A DNA stretch of 63,975 nt, filler included, from Choristocarpus tenellus KU-1152 (Eukaryota; Protista; Phaeophyceae): the NCBI GenBank assembly GCA_964200185.2. It is 14 parts of 14 records of this genome, joined end to end, with 100 filler letters (N's around TTAATTAATTAA, not from the genome) between each part and the next. Parts side by side here need not be neighbours in the genome. Positions count along the whole stretch, not along the records: positions 11,073 to 13,818 come from CAXNAD020025107.1; positions 13,919 to 19,835 come from CAXNAD020009419.1; positions 19,936 to 25,098 come from CAXNAD020011650.1; 11 more parts are not named here. One strand, given 5' to 3'. Within the stretch, counting starts at the first letter, position 1. Every line of letters begins with the position of its first letter. Shown one piece after another: positions 11,830-24,598 of the stretch. Both the position numbers and the translations under genes were made by a program. Under the pieces are notes generated by a model that did no database searches, was not told the DNA's origin, and saw only the letters and a program-made list of their open reading frames with translations.

Positions 11830-13568
11830 CTTCCTCCGTTCGGAATTAAATGTAACATACCTTTTGCAGCCCCAATGAAGAACTAAGACCTTTTTTCACA
11901 TGTTCATATTTTATGGGTGTATTGTGCAGACACTAGAAGGTTGCCCAAAAAAATCTCAAGCAAAATGGGGCAGCCTACACCTATCTATATGATCCCGGCC
12001 CTGAAGCCCTCCAAAATATCATTCCAGCGCCGTATTCCACCGCATCCACTGGGGCATTCCAGAGGAGTTTGCTCTCCTCCTCAGTCTTTTCCTTGCTAAG
12101 ATGGGGAACTTTGAAGACACTGTCACCCTTGGACCCCAGAACTTCACCGTAGACTGTCAAGAGGCTCTGCCAGACACGCTCAAGTGTCTCCCAGGGGTAC
12201 ATATCAAACGCCTCCATTGTGGTCTCTACCAGCTCCTCTGTGTTAGTCACCCCCACATCTTCCTTCAGTTGCTGGATGGGGTTATCTAAAAAAATCTCAG
12301 GTTATTGATGTTGAGGCCAGTTGAATTGGCTGTCTAGGTCCCTATGACAACGTCGTCGTCCCCCACCTCCTCAATTGCCTGCCTTTGCCCCATCCTGCTG
12401 CACGAAGATGGTTTGTCCTTCCGGCATAGGCATGCAGGGCCCTGATTGCCAGGATGACATCCTCGATCATGATCTTCTTATACCTCTCCCTATCCACCAT
12501 GACTGGCACAAGCACCTTGGTGCCCTTGGGGCATTGTTTGCTGGAGCCCAAACCGACATTAGTGTCTACAATTGACCAGATCCCGATTTTCCCATCGAAC
12601 CACGCCCTATTGGAGAGCTTCCGAGGTCGAGTCAGAGCTTGCAAGGAACATCACCTTCGTACTGTAATGCTTATTCTGAGCCCATGGGGGTTTGGGGGGG
12701 ATCCTCATTGGGGTGCAGGTACACACCTTGCCCATCTTTGAGGATGCAAAACCCTTATCTTTCACATGCACCAAGTCATATAAATCATCCACTAATAACC
12801 CACTTTCCTCCCTCCTGTGCGTGTGGCTAATGATGAAACCCATCCTGTCGACTTTCTGCTGGTCTCAGAGGACTGACTTAGTCCACCGTTTGACCTTCTT
12901 CTGCTTCTCACACTTGCACTGATCCCACAACGAGGCAAGGGCAACCTCAGCTTTGGCCGCCCATTTGCAGAAAGATGTGCAATGTACCAATGGGACATCC
13001 CAAATGTTGAGGATACTTGTACAGCGGCTATATCCCCCCTGCGACGTTGTACAAGGTTCATACAACCACCCCCTGTGATGTAGCTGTCATATTCCTTCAG
13101 ATGATGGAACACGGGGATTTGGGAAATTCCAAAAGTCCTCCGCAATGGCCACCGCTGTCCCCTGACGCATCCAAGTCTCACTCTTTTGCCTCCAGGCATC
13201 ACGCCACCACGGTGTTCTTTGCTGGGGTGTTTGAGTCTGAACCCCAGGCAGACTTCTAGGCCGAAGAATTCGGACTGATGGATGACAAGGGAATGAGAAA
13301 GCTACTCGAATGACAGGGGGCCTTCATCCTATGTATCCAAATAAACTCCTACTTTATCAGTTTCAGGACGTTTTTGAACCCCATCAAATGCGACTTGGTC
13401 GAGTTTGCACTGGAAATCCTCCACAGTCATGACAGCTGGCTATCTCTAACTTTGCACGCCTCCCAATCTATGTTAGAAGTCTCATCCAGAGAGAGTTTAT
13501 CATGTGGGTCATTCCTGGGTGAGAATGGAGCTTGAAAAAGTAATGTTACATTTTTTTCCGAACGGAAG
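11830..13568 (-). mobile_element. Degenerate full-length DD39D-type (plant/oomycete mariner) transposon
   Basis: Frameshifted motifs TKVMFLA, WFDGKIGIW, VQQDGA, DLNIN-LRFF, ETLERVWQSL and FKVPHL. Stowaway-like TIRs of ~35 bp: CTTCCTCCGTTCGGAATTAAATGTAACAT and ATGTTACATTTTTTTCCGAACGGAAG-TA. Confidence 0.85.
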
Positions 13569-14439
13569 TACAAGTTAAATCTGGAACGGAGGTTGAAAAT
13601 TCATGAGTCTGAGATACAATTGCTGAACAACAGAAAGAGTGGTAGGTGTGTATGGTGCCCCGCACCCAGTGTGAGTGCCTGCACTATTTCATTCTTACAG
13701 TCATGTTGGAGGGAGATGGATATTGATCAACACAAACCCAAGCCCCATTTTGTTTCTATCTTGAGGTCCTTGACCGGAATTCTCGTATTCGGGCGACTTG
13801 GCACAAAATCCCAGAGATNNNNNNNNNNNNNNNNNNNNNNNNNNNNNNNNNNNNNNNNNNNNTTAATTAATTAANNNNNNNNNNNNNNNNNNNNNNNNNN
13901 NNNNNNNNNNNNNNNNNNGTGATGAAGCCCCACCTTTGATGGTGCTCATCACTCCTAAGTTTGTATTTGACCAACCTTAACCTCGTACCCTCGGTCATGG
14001 TTCGTCCTTCATGTGGTCCGTCTTATTTGGTGAATTTCTTCACCACCCTTGCCTGAGTGAACCACGCCGCCAGAGAATCACACGATTCACACATACTGGT
14101 TTTCGTAGTGGATTTTCTTATCACCGATGGACAAAACACCATCTTGAATTTCATTTGGCGTAAACACTATTAGTAGTCTCACCCGCTATGATGGCAATCT
14201 TGCTTTTTTTCACCGTATTGCAACAAGAATTATATAATATATAAGTGGAACCAATAGCTTCGCGGTCTGTGGCAATCTTGAATTTTTTTACCGTATAGCC
14301 GCAACAGATATATATCCATATTCATCAAATGAAAAGGTATGACAAGACTTTTTGAAGGTTTGTATCCATGAATGTCCTAACTTTGGTGAACGGGAGCTAT
14401 ATCCCGATAAAAGAATGGAAAAACGCCAGGGAATATCTC

Positions 14440-15815
14440 CGGCGTAATTTTGAAGGTCACGACTTCAAAACGGACAAAAATGAAGTGGTTGGCTGAACTC
14501 CTTGCAAAAAACTGGTTAGGGTTAGGTCCCTGCCCAAGTTTGGCTGGTGCGGCTGTACCGATTTTTTTCAAGATTTCGGGACATCTTTTTAACGCAATTT
14601 GCAGACTTTCTGTGAGGGCACACAGACGTGACTTACACAGCAACATGAACCATGATGGAGAGACAAGGAGAGCTGCTGAGGCCACCCTGCCCTCTGGATC
14701 TACCCTCGGCACCTTTTCTGTCGAGAGGGGCCGGAAAGGCAAGTACTGTGTGACACTCAGTGCGAAGTCAGGTGACGAGAACGTGCGAGTACTGTAGCGC
14801 AGCAGCATGATCAAATCACCAATGAGCTGAAGTATCTTAGAGGGTAGAGTCGCGTCCATTTGAGGACCAAAGTCCAAGGTTGCAATTTTGATGTTATCTT
14901 GGCTATTGTATGTGTTAGGAAGTGTCAATATCGATGTTCTGGACACACCTTTTAATAACATGTACATTTTACCTACTCTGAAACAATTTGCAGAAGGAAA
15001 ATGTTAGAAAAAGCCCATGGGAAGCCAAGCCCCAAATGGACAAACAGGGCAAAACTCGTACCCTCTGAGATACTTTTACTCCAATGGACCACGCGACTGC
15101 GACACTGACGCTGAGAGAAGATGTATTGAAAGCATTACCACACAGGGTTGGATCTTCAACCACATCGGAGCACTGCTCTGCAGTCTCTGCCACCTCGGGA
15201 AAAGAGGAAGAGATCAGCGAGTCCATCAACGGGTTGGGAAGCCTGGTCACGGCGGGCTAAGGGAGAACCAGAGTGACCCACCAAAGGAAAGGTTGGGGAG
15301 GAGAGCAGTGCGACTGCGTACCATTGTGTTCAGGAAACGCCTAAGCAAAAACCCGGGTGTAGAATATCTTAGTAGTCAACAGTTGCTGCAAGCCCTAGCT
15401 GTTTGGAAGTTATGTGAGCCAGAGTGGCTTAGGAAACGAGAAAGAAGGTGTTAGGGTTGGGCTACAAGGACTCTGAAGCCCAAAAGAAAGTAACCCATTT
15501 CCGGCGCTCAACAAGGAAATGTGATAGTAAAGGCTCTAACACTGTGAATCCTGTACCTGTGTATGAACGACGGGAAAGATTGTCAAACAGCGCTCGAGAT
15601 GGCAGCTGGATAGGCGATGGTCAGGTCGGAAACTGTGTGTAAATGGGAGAAAGACTTCCTAACTAAGGGCCACATCAAGGTATCGGAGCAAGGGCACTAC
15701 GAGAGATGTTTCGTTCTGGGCCTCGACAAGGACATCCTTGCCGAGGTCAAAGAGTGGGTTCGCGAACACAAAGGAAGAAAGGGTTGGGAGGCTTTTTTCC
15801 CACCTAAACCCAATA
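14440..15815 (+). mobile_element. Degenerate DNA transposon, probably IS630/Tc1-mariner-related; copy 1
   Basis: About 1 kb homologous to 16600-17601 (inverted); ETVCKWEKDFLTKGHIKVSEQGHYER...EVKEWVREH resembles an HTH-type transposase N-terminus. Confidence 0.5.
14824..15081. mobile_element. MITE family A copy
   Basis: TIRs; TSD CAAT. Confidence 0.9.
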
Positions 15816-15821
15816 CTTTAA

Positions 15822-16210
15822 TCAAGTAATAGTGCATGTGTTGCCACTGTTGGTGACCTACAATCCTGGGTTCGAACCCCAATATGAGCCCTCTTTCTTC
15901 AAAAATAAAAAAAATGGAGAAAAACAAAAACGAAGCCCGCACTCTGGAGGGCCTTGCGACGGGCATCAGGATTTTTTTTTTTTAATCCGATGTCTACATT
16001 AAAGGTTATGACGGGACAATCCCAGACGCCTAAGCTATTGGTGAAGACATCGAATTAAAAACACAAGAGCATATTCGTGATGCCCATTACAAGCCCTCCA
16101 AGTAGGGGCTTCGCGTTTTTTTTCGTTTTTTTTGTGAAAGAGCGTTCATATTGGGTTCGAACCCTGGATTGTAGGTGACCAAGAGTGGGAATATACGTAC
16201 TATTACTTGA
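15822..16210. mobile_element. Foldback/MITE with ~110-bp imperfect TIRs
   Basis: TCAAGTAATAGT...GGGTTCGAACCC...CGAAGCCC mirrored at the right end; TTAA on both sides. It could instead be a TA TSD with a slightly longer TIR. Confidence 0.85.
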
Positions 16211-16599
16211 TTAAGTATACCTGGTTAGACCTAACCCTAAACGCCATCCAAACGAACGACCCAGGGAATTAATGCTAAATGTAAATGTAACTCTTGTCTC
16301 CATCTGCCAGCAGGACTTCCGAATGTGCTGGGCGCCTATGAGACTTGTATCTCTTGTACTCCTTGTCAGCTTTTGGTTCAGTATCAGCCGTCTTGAAGTA
16401 GACAAGATGGTGCGTGTACGCCTTCTTGCAGTACTTCTGGACGAGACAAACAGCCTGCCTATCCTCAGCTGGTTTCAAGCTCAAAGGAGCGTTTTTTCGG
16501 AGTCCGTCCAAATAAAAGGTAAAATGCTGTCGTAGCCAGTGCTTTGCTCAATCACACATGAGCTCAATGGGGTTGAGCTCACAGTGATACTTTGGGAGC

Positions 16600-17601
16600 A
16601 TTAGGCATACCCCTCTGTACCGCTTGACAAAAAGCTGAAGACTCATTGAAGTCCCTCTGCTCCCCAAGCACATGCAACCTGCTTTTGCTTGGGTTATATT
16701 TCTCTCCCTTCCCCCCATCCTTCGTCATTCTGGGTTCTAACAGCTCCCTCTCCCAAAAAATTTGTGCATCCCCTTAAGCTTCCCTACATAGTTGACGGCT
16801 ACCTCCACCTGCTTCGAGACCTCTTCCAAGCAAAGGACTTGGTGGTATCGAAAAGTCTCCACAGCTGCCTTTGTTATTATCGCTTTCTCCTCCGCCTTGC
16901 AAGCCCTTTCGACCTTCTTTCGGGCTTCAGAGCCCTTATAGCCCAACCCTAACACCTTCTTTCTCGTTCCCTTAAGCAACCCTGGCTTACATAGCTTCCA
17001 AACAGGTAGGGCCTGCTGCAACTGTCGACTACTAAGATATTCTACACCTGGGTTTCGCTTAGGTGTTTCCTGAGCGCAATGGCACAGAGTCGCACTGCTC
17101 TCCTCTCCAACCTTCCGTTCGGTCGGCCACCCTGGTTCTCCCTTCGCTCGCCCTGACCAGGCTTCCCCACAGACTTCGTCATTGTACCACCTGGTGATGG
17201 TCTCGCCACTTTCTTCCTGCTTTCCCGGGGTGGCAGAGACTGCAGAGAAGAGCTCCGATGTGGTTGAATGTCCAACCGTGTTTGTGTGGAAATGCTTTCC
17301 ATGCAACTTCTCTAACATCGCACTGAGTGTCACATGGTGCTTGTTTTTTATCGCCTCTCGATAGAAAAGGTGCCAAGGGTAGATCCAGGGGGCAGAGTGG
17401 CCTCGGCAGCTCTCTTTGCCTCACGGTCGTGGTCCATGTTGCTCTTTGGGCCACTTGTGTCTGTCCTCACAGCCTGTCAGCAAATGGCGCTAAGAAGATG
17501 TCCACAAATCTTGCTTTTTTGAAAGGTACTGCCACTCTCACCAAACTAGGGCAGCAACTAACCAGCATCAGTTTTTTGGGGGAGTTCAGTCAACCACTTC
17601 A
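16600..17601 (-). mobile_element. Degenerate DNA transposon, copy 2 (inverted paralog of 14440-15815)
   Basis: Shared translated blocks NPGVEYLSS.QL.QAL.VWKLC and LGLGYK.SEA.KKV. Confidence 0.6.
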
Positions 17602-17857
17602 GAGTAAAACTATTTTAGAATACTAGTTTTCCCCTGTTTGTCCATTTAGGTCTTAGCCCCCCACGGGTTTTTAATGACATTTTACGTACTACAAAATATT
17701 CCGGAGTATGTAAAATGTATACGTTATGAAAAAAATTGTCCGGAACAAGGATATTGACATCTCCTAACAAACATGATAGCCAAAAATACATCAAAATTGC
17801 AACATTAGATTTTGGTCTCCAATGGACACAGCTCTACCCTCTAAGATACTTTGACTC
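17602..17857. mobile_element. MITE family A copy
   Basis: TIRs; TCA duplicated. Confidence 0.9.
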
Positions 17858-18681
17858 TCATTGTTGTCATCGCATGAAGAGGGTGACTGGAAATCAGTGG
17901 TGAAGGGGTCACACTGGTTGGTCATCAGATGTGGGGGATGACTGGAAATCAGTGGCGAAGGGGGTTCGCACTGGTTGGTCATCAGAGGTGGGTAGTGGCT
18001 GGAAATCAGTGGCGAAGACGCACTGGTTGGTCGCAAAGTGGTGGTAAAATGGGGAGGAGGGGAGTGGGAGGAATACAAAAATAGAATAAATAATATGAGA
18101 ATCCAGAATTCGTGAGCAAAGAAAACAGTAGGGAGAAGAACAGTAAGGACTCCCTCACATAAATCAATGAATTGATCTTTGTGCAAAAATAGGAAAATCG
18201 TAAGGTGTACCATGTTTTGTGCATATATGAGATTATGGTATTGGATTGAGTCTATGTGATGTAACTAATGAGATAGTACATGTAAATGGATTATGTATGG
18301 GGTTTGGTATTGCAATTAAACTTCCGGACATAATCGTTGACTTACATCTGAGGCACAAATAATAATATAAAAGCAATTAGAAGACACCCCACAAGGTCAC
18401 TCTTCTTTTCAACCATGTAGACACGTTCAGCAATGGGGAATCTTGTGAGGTTCTACACCTTCTTGTCTTCACTAACCGATCAAATAGCAATACCTTCCCG
18501 GGTTAATTGCACAAGCTTCACCTATGTATCTTCAAAAGAAAAGAGCTTCATATATATGAGGCATTCGCGAATCCATGGTGTATGCTCAGTGATGCAAAAC
18601 TAGGTGACTGGCCGCAGCCTTCCACGATTCTCCTTCTCCGTCATCAACCACTCATGGTAGCCTTCACTGCGTTTTCGACTG

Positions 18682-18940
18682 GAGTGAAAGTATCTTAGAG
18701 GGTACGAGTTTTTTCCTGTTTGTCCATTTGGGGTTTGGCTTCCCACGGGTTTTTAAGGACATTTTACCTATTCCAAAATATTTCGGAGTAGGTAAAATGC
18801 ATACGTTATGAAAAGATATGTTCAGAACAAGGATATTGGCATCTCCTAACAAATATGATAGCCAAAATTACATCAAAATTCCAACATTGGATTTTGGTCC
18901 CCAAATGGACGCGGCTCTACCCTCTAAGATACTTTGACTC
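18682..18940. mobile_element. MITE family A copy
   Basis: TIRs; flanks ACTG/ACAG. Confidence 0.9.
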
Positions 18941-19124
18941 ACAGGCTATATGAAAGGGTGTATCCTCTCACCAAAAAGCAGACCCACTCAGTTGCTGTTA
19001 TGTCTTCTTGAGGAACCTGTAGGAGCTGCCCAGTGACGCTCAGGACCTTGATTGTAGGCGAGTCACTCAGAAGATCACTGTGTGTCCTAAGAGAGTCAGA
19101 CAAGAGTTGTTTGAGGAGCTCGAT

Positions 19125-19381
19125 GAGTGAAAGTATCTCAGAGGGTACGAGGTTTGCCCTGTTTGTCCATTTGGGGCTTGGCTTCCCACGGGTTTTTATG
19201 ACATTTTCCTACTCCAAAATGTTTCGGAGTAGGTAAAATGTATACGTTATGAAAAGGTGTATCCGGAACAAGGATATTGACGCTTTCTAACAAACTCAAT
19301 AACCAAAATTACATCAAAACCGGAATATTAGAGTTTGGCCCCTAAACGGACGCGACTCTACCCTCTACGATGCTTTGACTC
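19125..19381. mobile_element. MITE family A copy
   Basis: TIRs; TSD CGAT. Confidence 0.9.
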
Positions 19382-19422
19382 CGATGCAGAGAGGTGTTAG
19401 GCTATCACTTATTGGGCGCGAT

Positions 19423-19679
19423 GAGTGAAAGTATCTTAGAGGGTACGAGTTTTGCCTTGTTTGTCCATATGGGACTTGGCTTTCCAAGGCTTTTTTTATG
19501 ACATTTTCCTACTCCGAAATGTTCAGGAGTAGCTAAAGTGTGTATGTCATGAAAAGGTGTATCCGGAACATGGATATTGACACTTCCGAACAAACAAGGT
19601 AGCCAAAACTACATCAATCGCAACATCGAATTTTGACCCCAAAAATGACGCGGTTCTACCCTCTAAAATGCTTTGCCAC
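19423..19679. mobile_element. MITE family A copy
   Basis: Left TIR intact, right TIR degenerate. Confidence 0.85.
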
Positions 19680-19782
19680 CCAGAGGGAAAGCCTGATTTC
19701 GGTATGTCGTCACAGAGTAGTAGAAGTGCAAGAAAGAAGTGAAATTAATGAGTTATATGTGAACAAGCAGATTTGAATGAGT

Positions 19783-19835
19783 GGGTCAAAGTATCTGGGG
19801 GGGGGGGGGTGGGGGTCCGTTTTTCACCCTTCTCT
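19783..19835. mobile_element. MITE family B variant end at a contig edge
   Basis: GGGTCAAAGTATCTGGGG...GTCCGTTTTTCACCC; the same variant occurs at 42681-42775, 61452-61520 (reverse) and 63939-63975. Confidence 0.8.
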
Positions 19836-21320
19836 NNNNNNNNNNNNNNNNNNNNNNNNNNNNNNNNNNNNNNNNNNNNTTAATTAATTAANNNNNNNNN
19901 NNNNNNNNNNNNNNNNNNNNNNNNNNNNNNNNNNNATAGCGGTACCGATCACATCACTTCTCACTGTATCATCCAAGTACTTGGACAACGACTAAAACGC
20001 TCACAACATACTACTTCTGTCCTTGGCCACTCCGTATGCAATTCGCCTCCGTAGTTCTCTACTACACCAAGGGGGGTCTGCGCCAAGAAAGAGCTCACCA
20101 TCAAGGCCAAGAAGCCTTCCTTTAAAGGGAAGAAGTAGAGTACCGAGGAGGAAACTGGAAAGGAGGCCAGCCTCTCCACCTCTGACACGAACCAATTCTC
20201 CCTTGCGACAGATAAGCAGAAAATCGCATTCGCAAGGAGGATGCACATGAAGGAGGTGTTTATCGAGAAGGCCATACTCGAGGTTGCGGTGCTAAAGATG
20301 AACGAGCTGTAGGAGAAAGATAAGCTCAGAATCGACCCCAACGTGGCAGGGAATTCCAACCCTCCCTCTACAGAGTAGGCTGCAAAAGAACCGTACATCC
20401 TATCAGAGGAGGTAATTTATACAGTGTTGACGTTTACCCTCTCGACTTTCTTATGTGTTTGCATCGTTTAGCAAATCTAGATGCAGGAAATATCCGTATT
20501 CAGTAGGACTGTATTCAGACTCTGGTACTGACTTCAATTACATCTGTATGAAAACAAACCCATTTTAAACGTCCGCCCTACTCCTATGTTTCAAAGGTGC
20601 GAAGGAGATTACTGTTGAAGAGGGTGGAGAAGGGTGGTATCTTCCTCAAAATTGTCGAAGGCTTGAAGGGTGTTTCCCTCCCCAAAGGATTAGGAGGTGA
20701 AGTCAAGCAAGTGTAAATAAACGTTACGTGGCATGATGATAAAGGAACCAGAGATAGAGGAGCAATGAGTTTTTTGTTTATTTACTAGTGAACAAGAACT
20801 GTCAGACCTCAAATTTGTTCAAGTCAAAAATGCCATGGTGTATTGATACACAACCCTGTTTCCTGTACTAAATGATAAATAACAATAAGAGGTCAATTGC
20901 CTAAAATAATCCGCACCACACATGACAATGGTACGATAGTGTTTTTCACACTTACAGTGCTAAATAGTATTTTTCACATTTACGATATTTAACTTCTTTA
21001 AGGCTAATACTGACACATGTATAGTTTTCGTTTGCTTCCCCCCTCACACATCTGCAAAATGTCAGAGATCAAAATAATAATATAGCAGAGGGGAAGAACA
21101 CAACTCTTATACACTGGCCTCGTTTGAATGTTGCACACTTCCATACAAAAATCCCTAACAAGTTCGCCTTAAGGACCATTGTAAGTGTTCTAAAATATGT
21201 TTTTCATTTTCCAAGTTCCTGTAACCCATATAACAACACACACAAGATACATGACCACCTCTGCTCCTGACATCCGTTCGCCACACTGCTCCAGATTCGA
21301 GGCATGCCACCTGCGTTGTC

Positions 21321-22497
21321 ATGTCGCCAGGCAACATCACTTGTGGGGTCCATGACACGGACAATGTATGGGCCAAGCTGAGGGGTTCGTTCAACGCTTG
21401 CTTGTCCTCTCTGCTTCTTCGCCCAAGGGGGGTGGTAGTCGCTTATGCTATGCTGGAGGGGAACGGTGACCCCAAGAAAGAGAAATGCTTTGCACGTGAG
21501 CTGTCCAAATTTTGTGATAAGTTCTGGACAGAAGAAGAGTTTGCGGAAGAACAGGACGGAGGACTTAGCGACGCTCTCAACACGCCCGAGGGTGTCCAGG
21601 TCTCTCGTGTTCGAGTGCGTGACGGCAGTGACGTCGGAGAGAGCGACTTGGGAACCTTTCTGAGCGGGTGGGATGCCGTGGAATCTGACATGGAAGAATG
21701 GCAAGAAACACCCACAGGATCTCGGACGACTCCAACACATAGCGTGGAGTCAGTCCCGGATGATGAGAGCGACGACGGATCTGCAGGAAGCAGAGAGATT
21801 GGTGTTGAACAGTTAGATCCATACCATAGATCTCCTCCCGGTAAGAGGCAAAAGTCTTCCAGAGGTGTTGTGAGTGTTAGGGATTTCGGATCTCTACAGG
21901 GCTCAGGTTCTGAGAAACACATCCACACTCGCAAGGGGAAAAGAACACCTGTAACCCCCCCAGTAACCTTGCTGGAGAAACTCTTCTCTACTGTACATAG
22001 CAGTGGTGAGGTATCACCCATAAATACACCATCGGACGTTAAGGGGAGTGATGTGAACTTGACGGGAGTCAAGATGAACTACCCATGTCTGAGGATGGTA
22101 AGTTTAACATCGGAATGACAGATCGATTCCTTGAGCTTGCGCGGAGGAACTCCTCCGCTCGGCAAACCTATCCTCATCAACATTCTATTGTGTGCAAACC
22201 TGTGTACTTCAACAGGTTATTCATGACTACGGATTTAGGTTGATGCGGGCTGGCAAAGCTGCAAATCTTCTTGTCCTGGACGATCATTGCTACGTGCACA
22301 AGGGAATCCTCGATGGCTTGTGCCATGGTGTGGGTAATATCAAGAGGACGCTGTGTGCGAAGGACATAGAAGCACTCGCTGCGAGAAAAGCTGTGTTTCT
22401 CGGTCGTGTCAAGGCAGAGCTGTGGAATCACAAGTACTCCTCCCCCCTAAATCTTTGGAATGTCTTGACAGAGGTGTACCCTAAGCTTATAGATTGA
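21321..22497 (+). pseudogene. Orphan coding-like region (ORFs 21321-22118 and 22192-22497), probably frameshifted and possibly TE-encoded
   Basis: 265-aa acidic/Ser-rich ORF followed closely by a 101-aa globular-looking ORF; no family recognised. Confidence 0.35.
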
Positions 22498-22949
22498 TGG
22501 AAGGAAGGGAGGTGCGACTTCACACATGCTCACCAGCTCAAGTAGATTTTTTTGGTTTCAGGTCTAACTTAAAGTAAGAGTGTATTTTTGGTAGACTTCA
22601 ATCTTTCCATTCCTTCCACAATGTGTCCAACGACCAGGTTTGCACGGTCTGGACCCAAAATTGTAGACTCCGTAGTTATACCTGTACGGCATCCGAGTTT
22701 GCACAGCCTGGGGCAACTGTTTTAGATTTTGGAGTTTATAACTGTTGGGGTAACCCTAATTCAAGAAATAGAATTCTCCTTGCTGTGAACTATTCAACTT
22801 GGTCAAGTCAAATGTATCCTTCTCTTACCAAAGAACCAGCTTTGATTCAATATTTCGGTTCTCTTCTGTATTTAGGTTTTTGCCACGTATTTTACAACAG
22901 CACACACCTACTGACAAATACAAGTCTAGTATCCCATGGGATAACACCT

Positions 22950-23490
22950 TTTCACCCCCTAAACAGTTCTTCTGATGCAAAAGCGAAGTCGATAACCTTA
23001 AACACCAATCAATGTCTAACACAGCATATCGTCCTCATCGCACTGTGAAGGTGAACGTCAGAATCATTGTCATGTTTCCCTTCACTGTTATGGGGTGCTT
23101 TGGTGATCACAGGATAACACCGTTTGGGAATCTATAGTTTACAGATACTATACCCGGATACCCTCCATCAAACACACATCCGAAACTTGGCCTAACCCTT
23201 AGACCAAAGGAGGGTACACTTCGGTCTTAGTTTCAATGACCGAAGACTGTTCTGAGTATTTCATACCAATATTTCCCATAAACATTTAAATTTGATGAAG
23301 CTTATATCGCTGTGCGTCGTAGCTCTGGAACACATATCCTTTGCGCCAAACTGTCACATACTTATATGCCGGCAAGTTTTATATACTTCCAAAATTAGGC
23401 GTGCGTCTGTCAACAGGTTGTTTCCCTAATAGTTTCACAATTGTTACATAATGGGTTTCACCGTAGTGTCATCGATCAAGGAATCGGTCA
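22950..23490 (-). pseudogene. Possible DDE_Tnp_4 (PIF/Harbinger or ISL2EU-like) transposase remnant
   Basis: Minus-strand fragments LIDDTTVKPI, HSDI and CVFDGGYPGI fall in the order expected for IDxT...D...DxGY; many stops. Confidence 0.4.
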
Positions 23491-23869
23491 CATTATGCCT
23501 AACCCTAAGTAAATAATGTTTTTAATGACACTAAACGATGACTCCCTATTTCCCATACTTCCCAAGCCCACAGATATTTGCATACAAGCAGGCACATGTG
23601 ATGCATTGTTGATGCTACCCCTTTCACTAAATCGACCTACATCCATGACATGACCCACCCCTCACCCAAATGGACTGTTGTCAACCCAGCCTGCTAACCA
23701 CAACACTACCCTCGTGTGGACATACCCCAAGAAATCAACACATAGCCCCTCAACAAACCTTTTCCTAACCCTTTCCACCTCCAGCATATCACTCACTAAC
23801 CCCAACAAAAAAACCCTGAATACCAGACTACCGACCAACACCTACGTGAAGAAATTCTTGATGCCATAC

Positions 23870-24127
23870 GAGTCAAAGTATCTTAGAGGGTAGAGTCGCG
23901 TCCATTTGGGGACCAAAATCCAATGTTGCAATTTTGATGTAATTTTGGCTATCATGGTTGTTAGGAGATGTCAATATCCTTGTTCTGGACACATCTTTTC
24001 ATAACGTAGGCATTTTACCTACTCCGAAACATTTTGGAGTAGGTAACTGTCATTAAAAACCCGTGGGAAACCAAGGCCCAAATGGACAAAGAGGGAAAAA
24101 CTCGTACCCTCTAAGATACTTTCACTC
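23870..24127. mobile_element. MITE family A copy, followed by a family A end fragment at 24128-24204
   Basis: Near-consensus TIRs. Confidence 0.9.
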
Positions 24128-24336
24128 AATATCGCAACATTCGGTTTTTATTTTAACCCCCAAAATGAACGTGGCTCTACCCTAACCCTAAGATGCTTCG
24201 ACTCGAGGCTCTAGGAGCTTCCACTACTTCAAAGACTTTTCTTCTTGTGTGTGGGTGAGTGGTGGGTTTCGTCTGCAAGGACGTTCAGAAGTACCAGCTC
24301 TTATGATGACAAGCAGCCTCTTGCTCCAAAAAGGTG

Positions 24337-24598
24337 GAGTGAGAGTATCTTAGAGGGTACGATTTTTTCCCTGTTTGTCCATTTGGGGCTTGGCTTCCCA
24401 CGGGTTTATAATGACATCTTACCTACTCCAAAATGTTTCAGAGTAGGTAAGATGCCTACGTTGTGAAAAAGGAGTGCCCGGAACAAGGATATTGACATCT
24501 CCTAACAAACACGAGAGCCAAAACTACATCGAAATTGCAACATTAGATTTTGGCCCCCAAACGAACGCGGCTCTACCCTCTATAAGATGCTTTCACTC
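24337..24598. mobile_element. MITE family A copy
   Basis: TIRs; flanks GTG/ATG. Confidence 0.9.
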
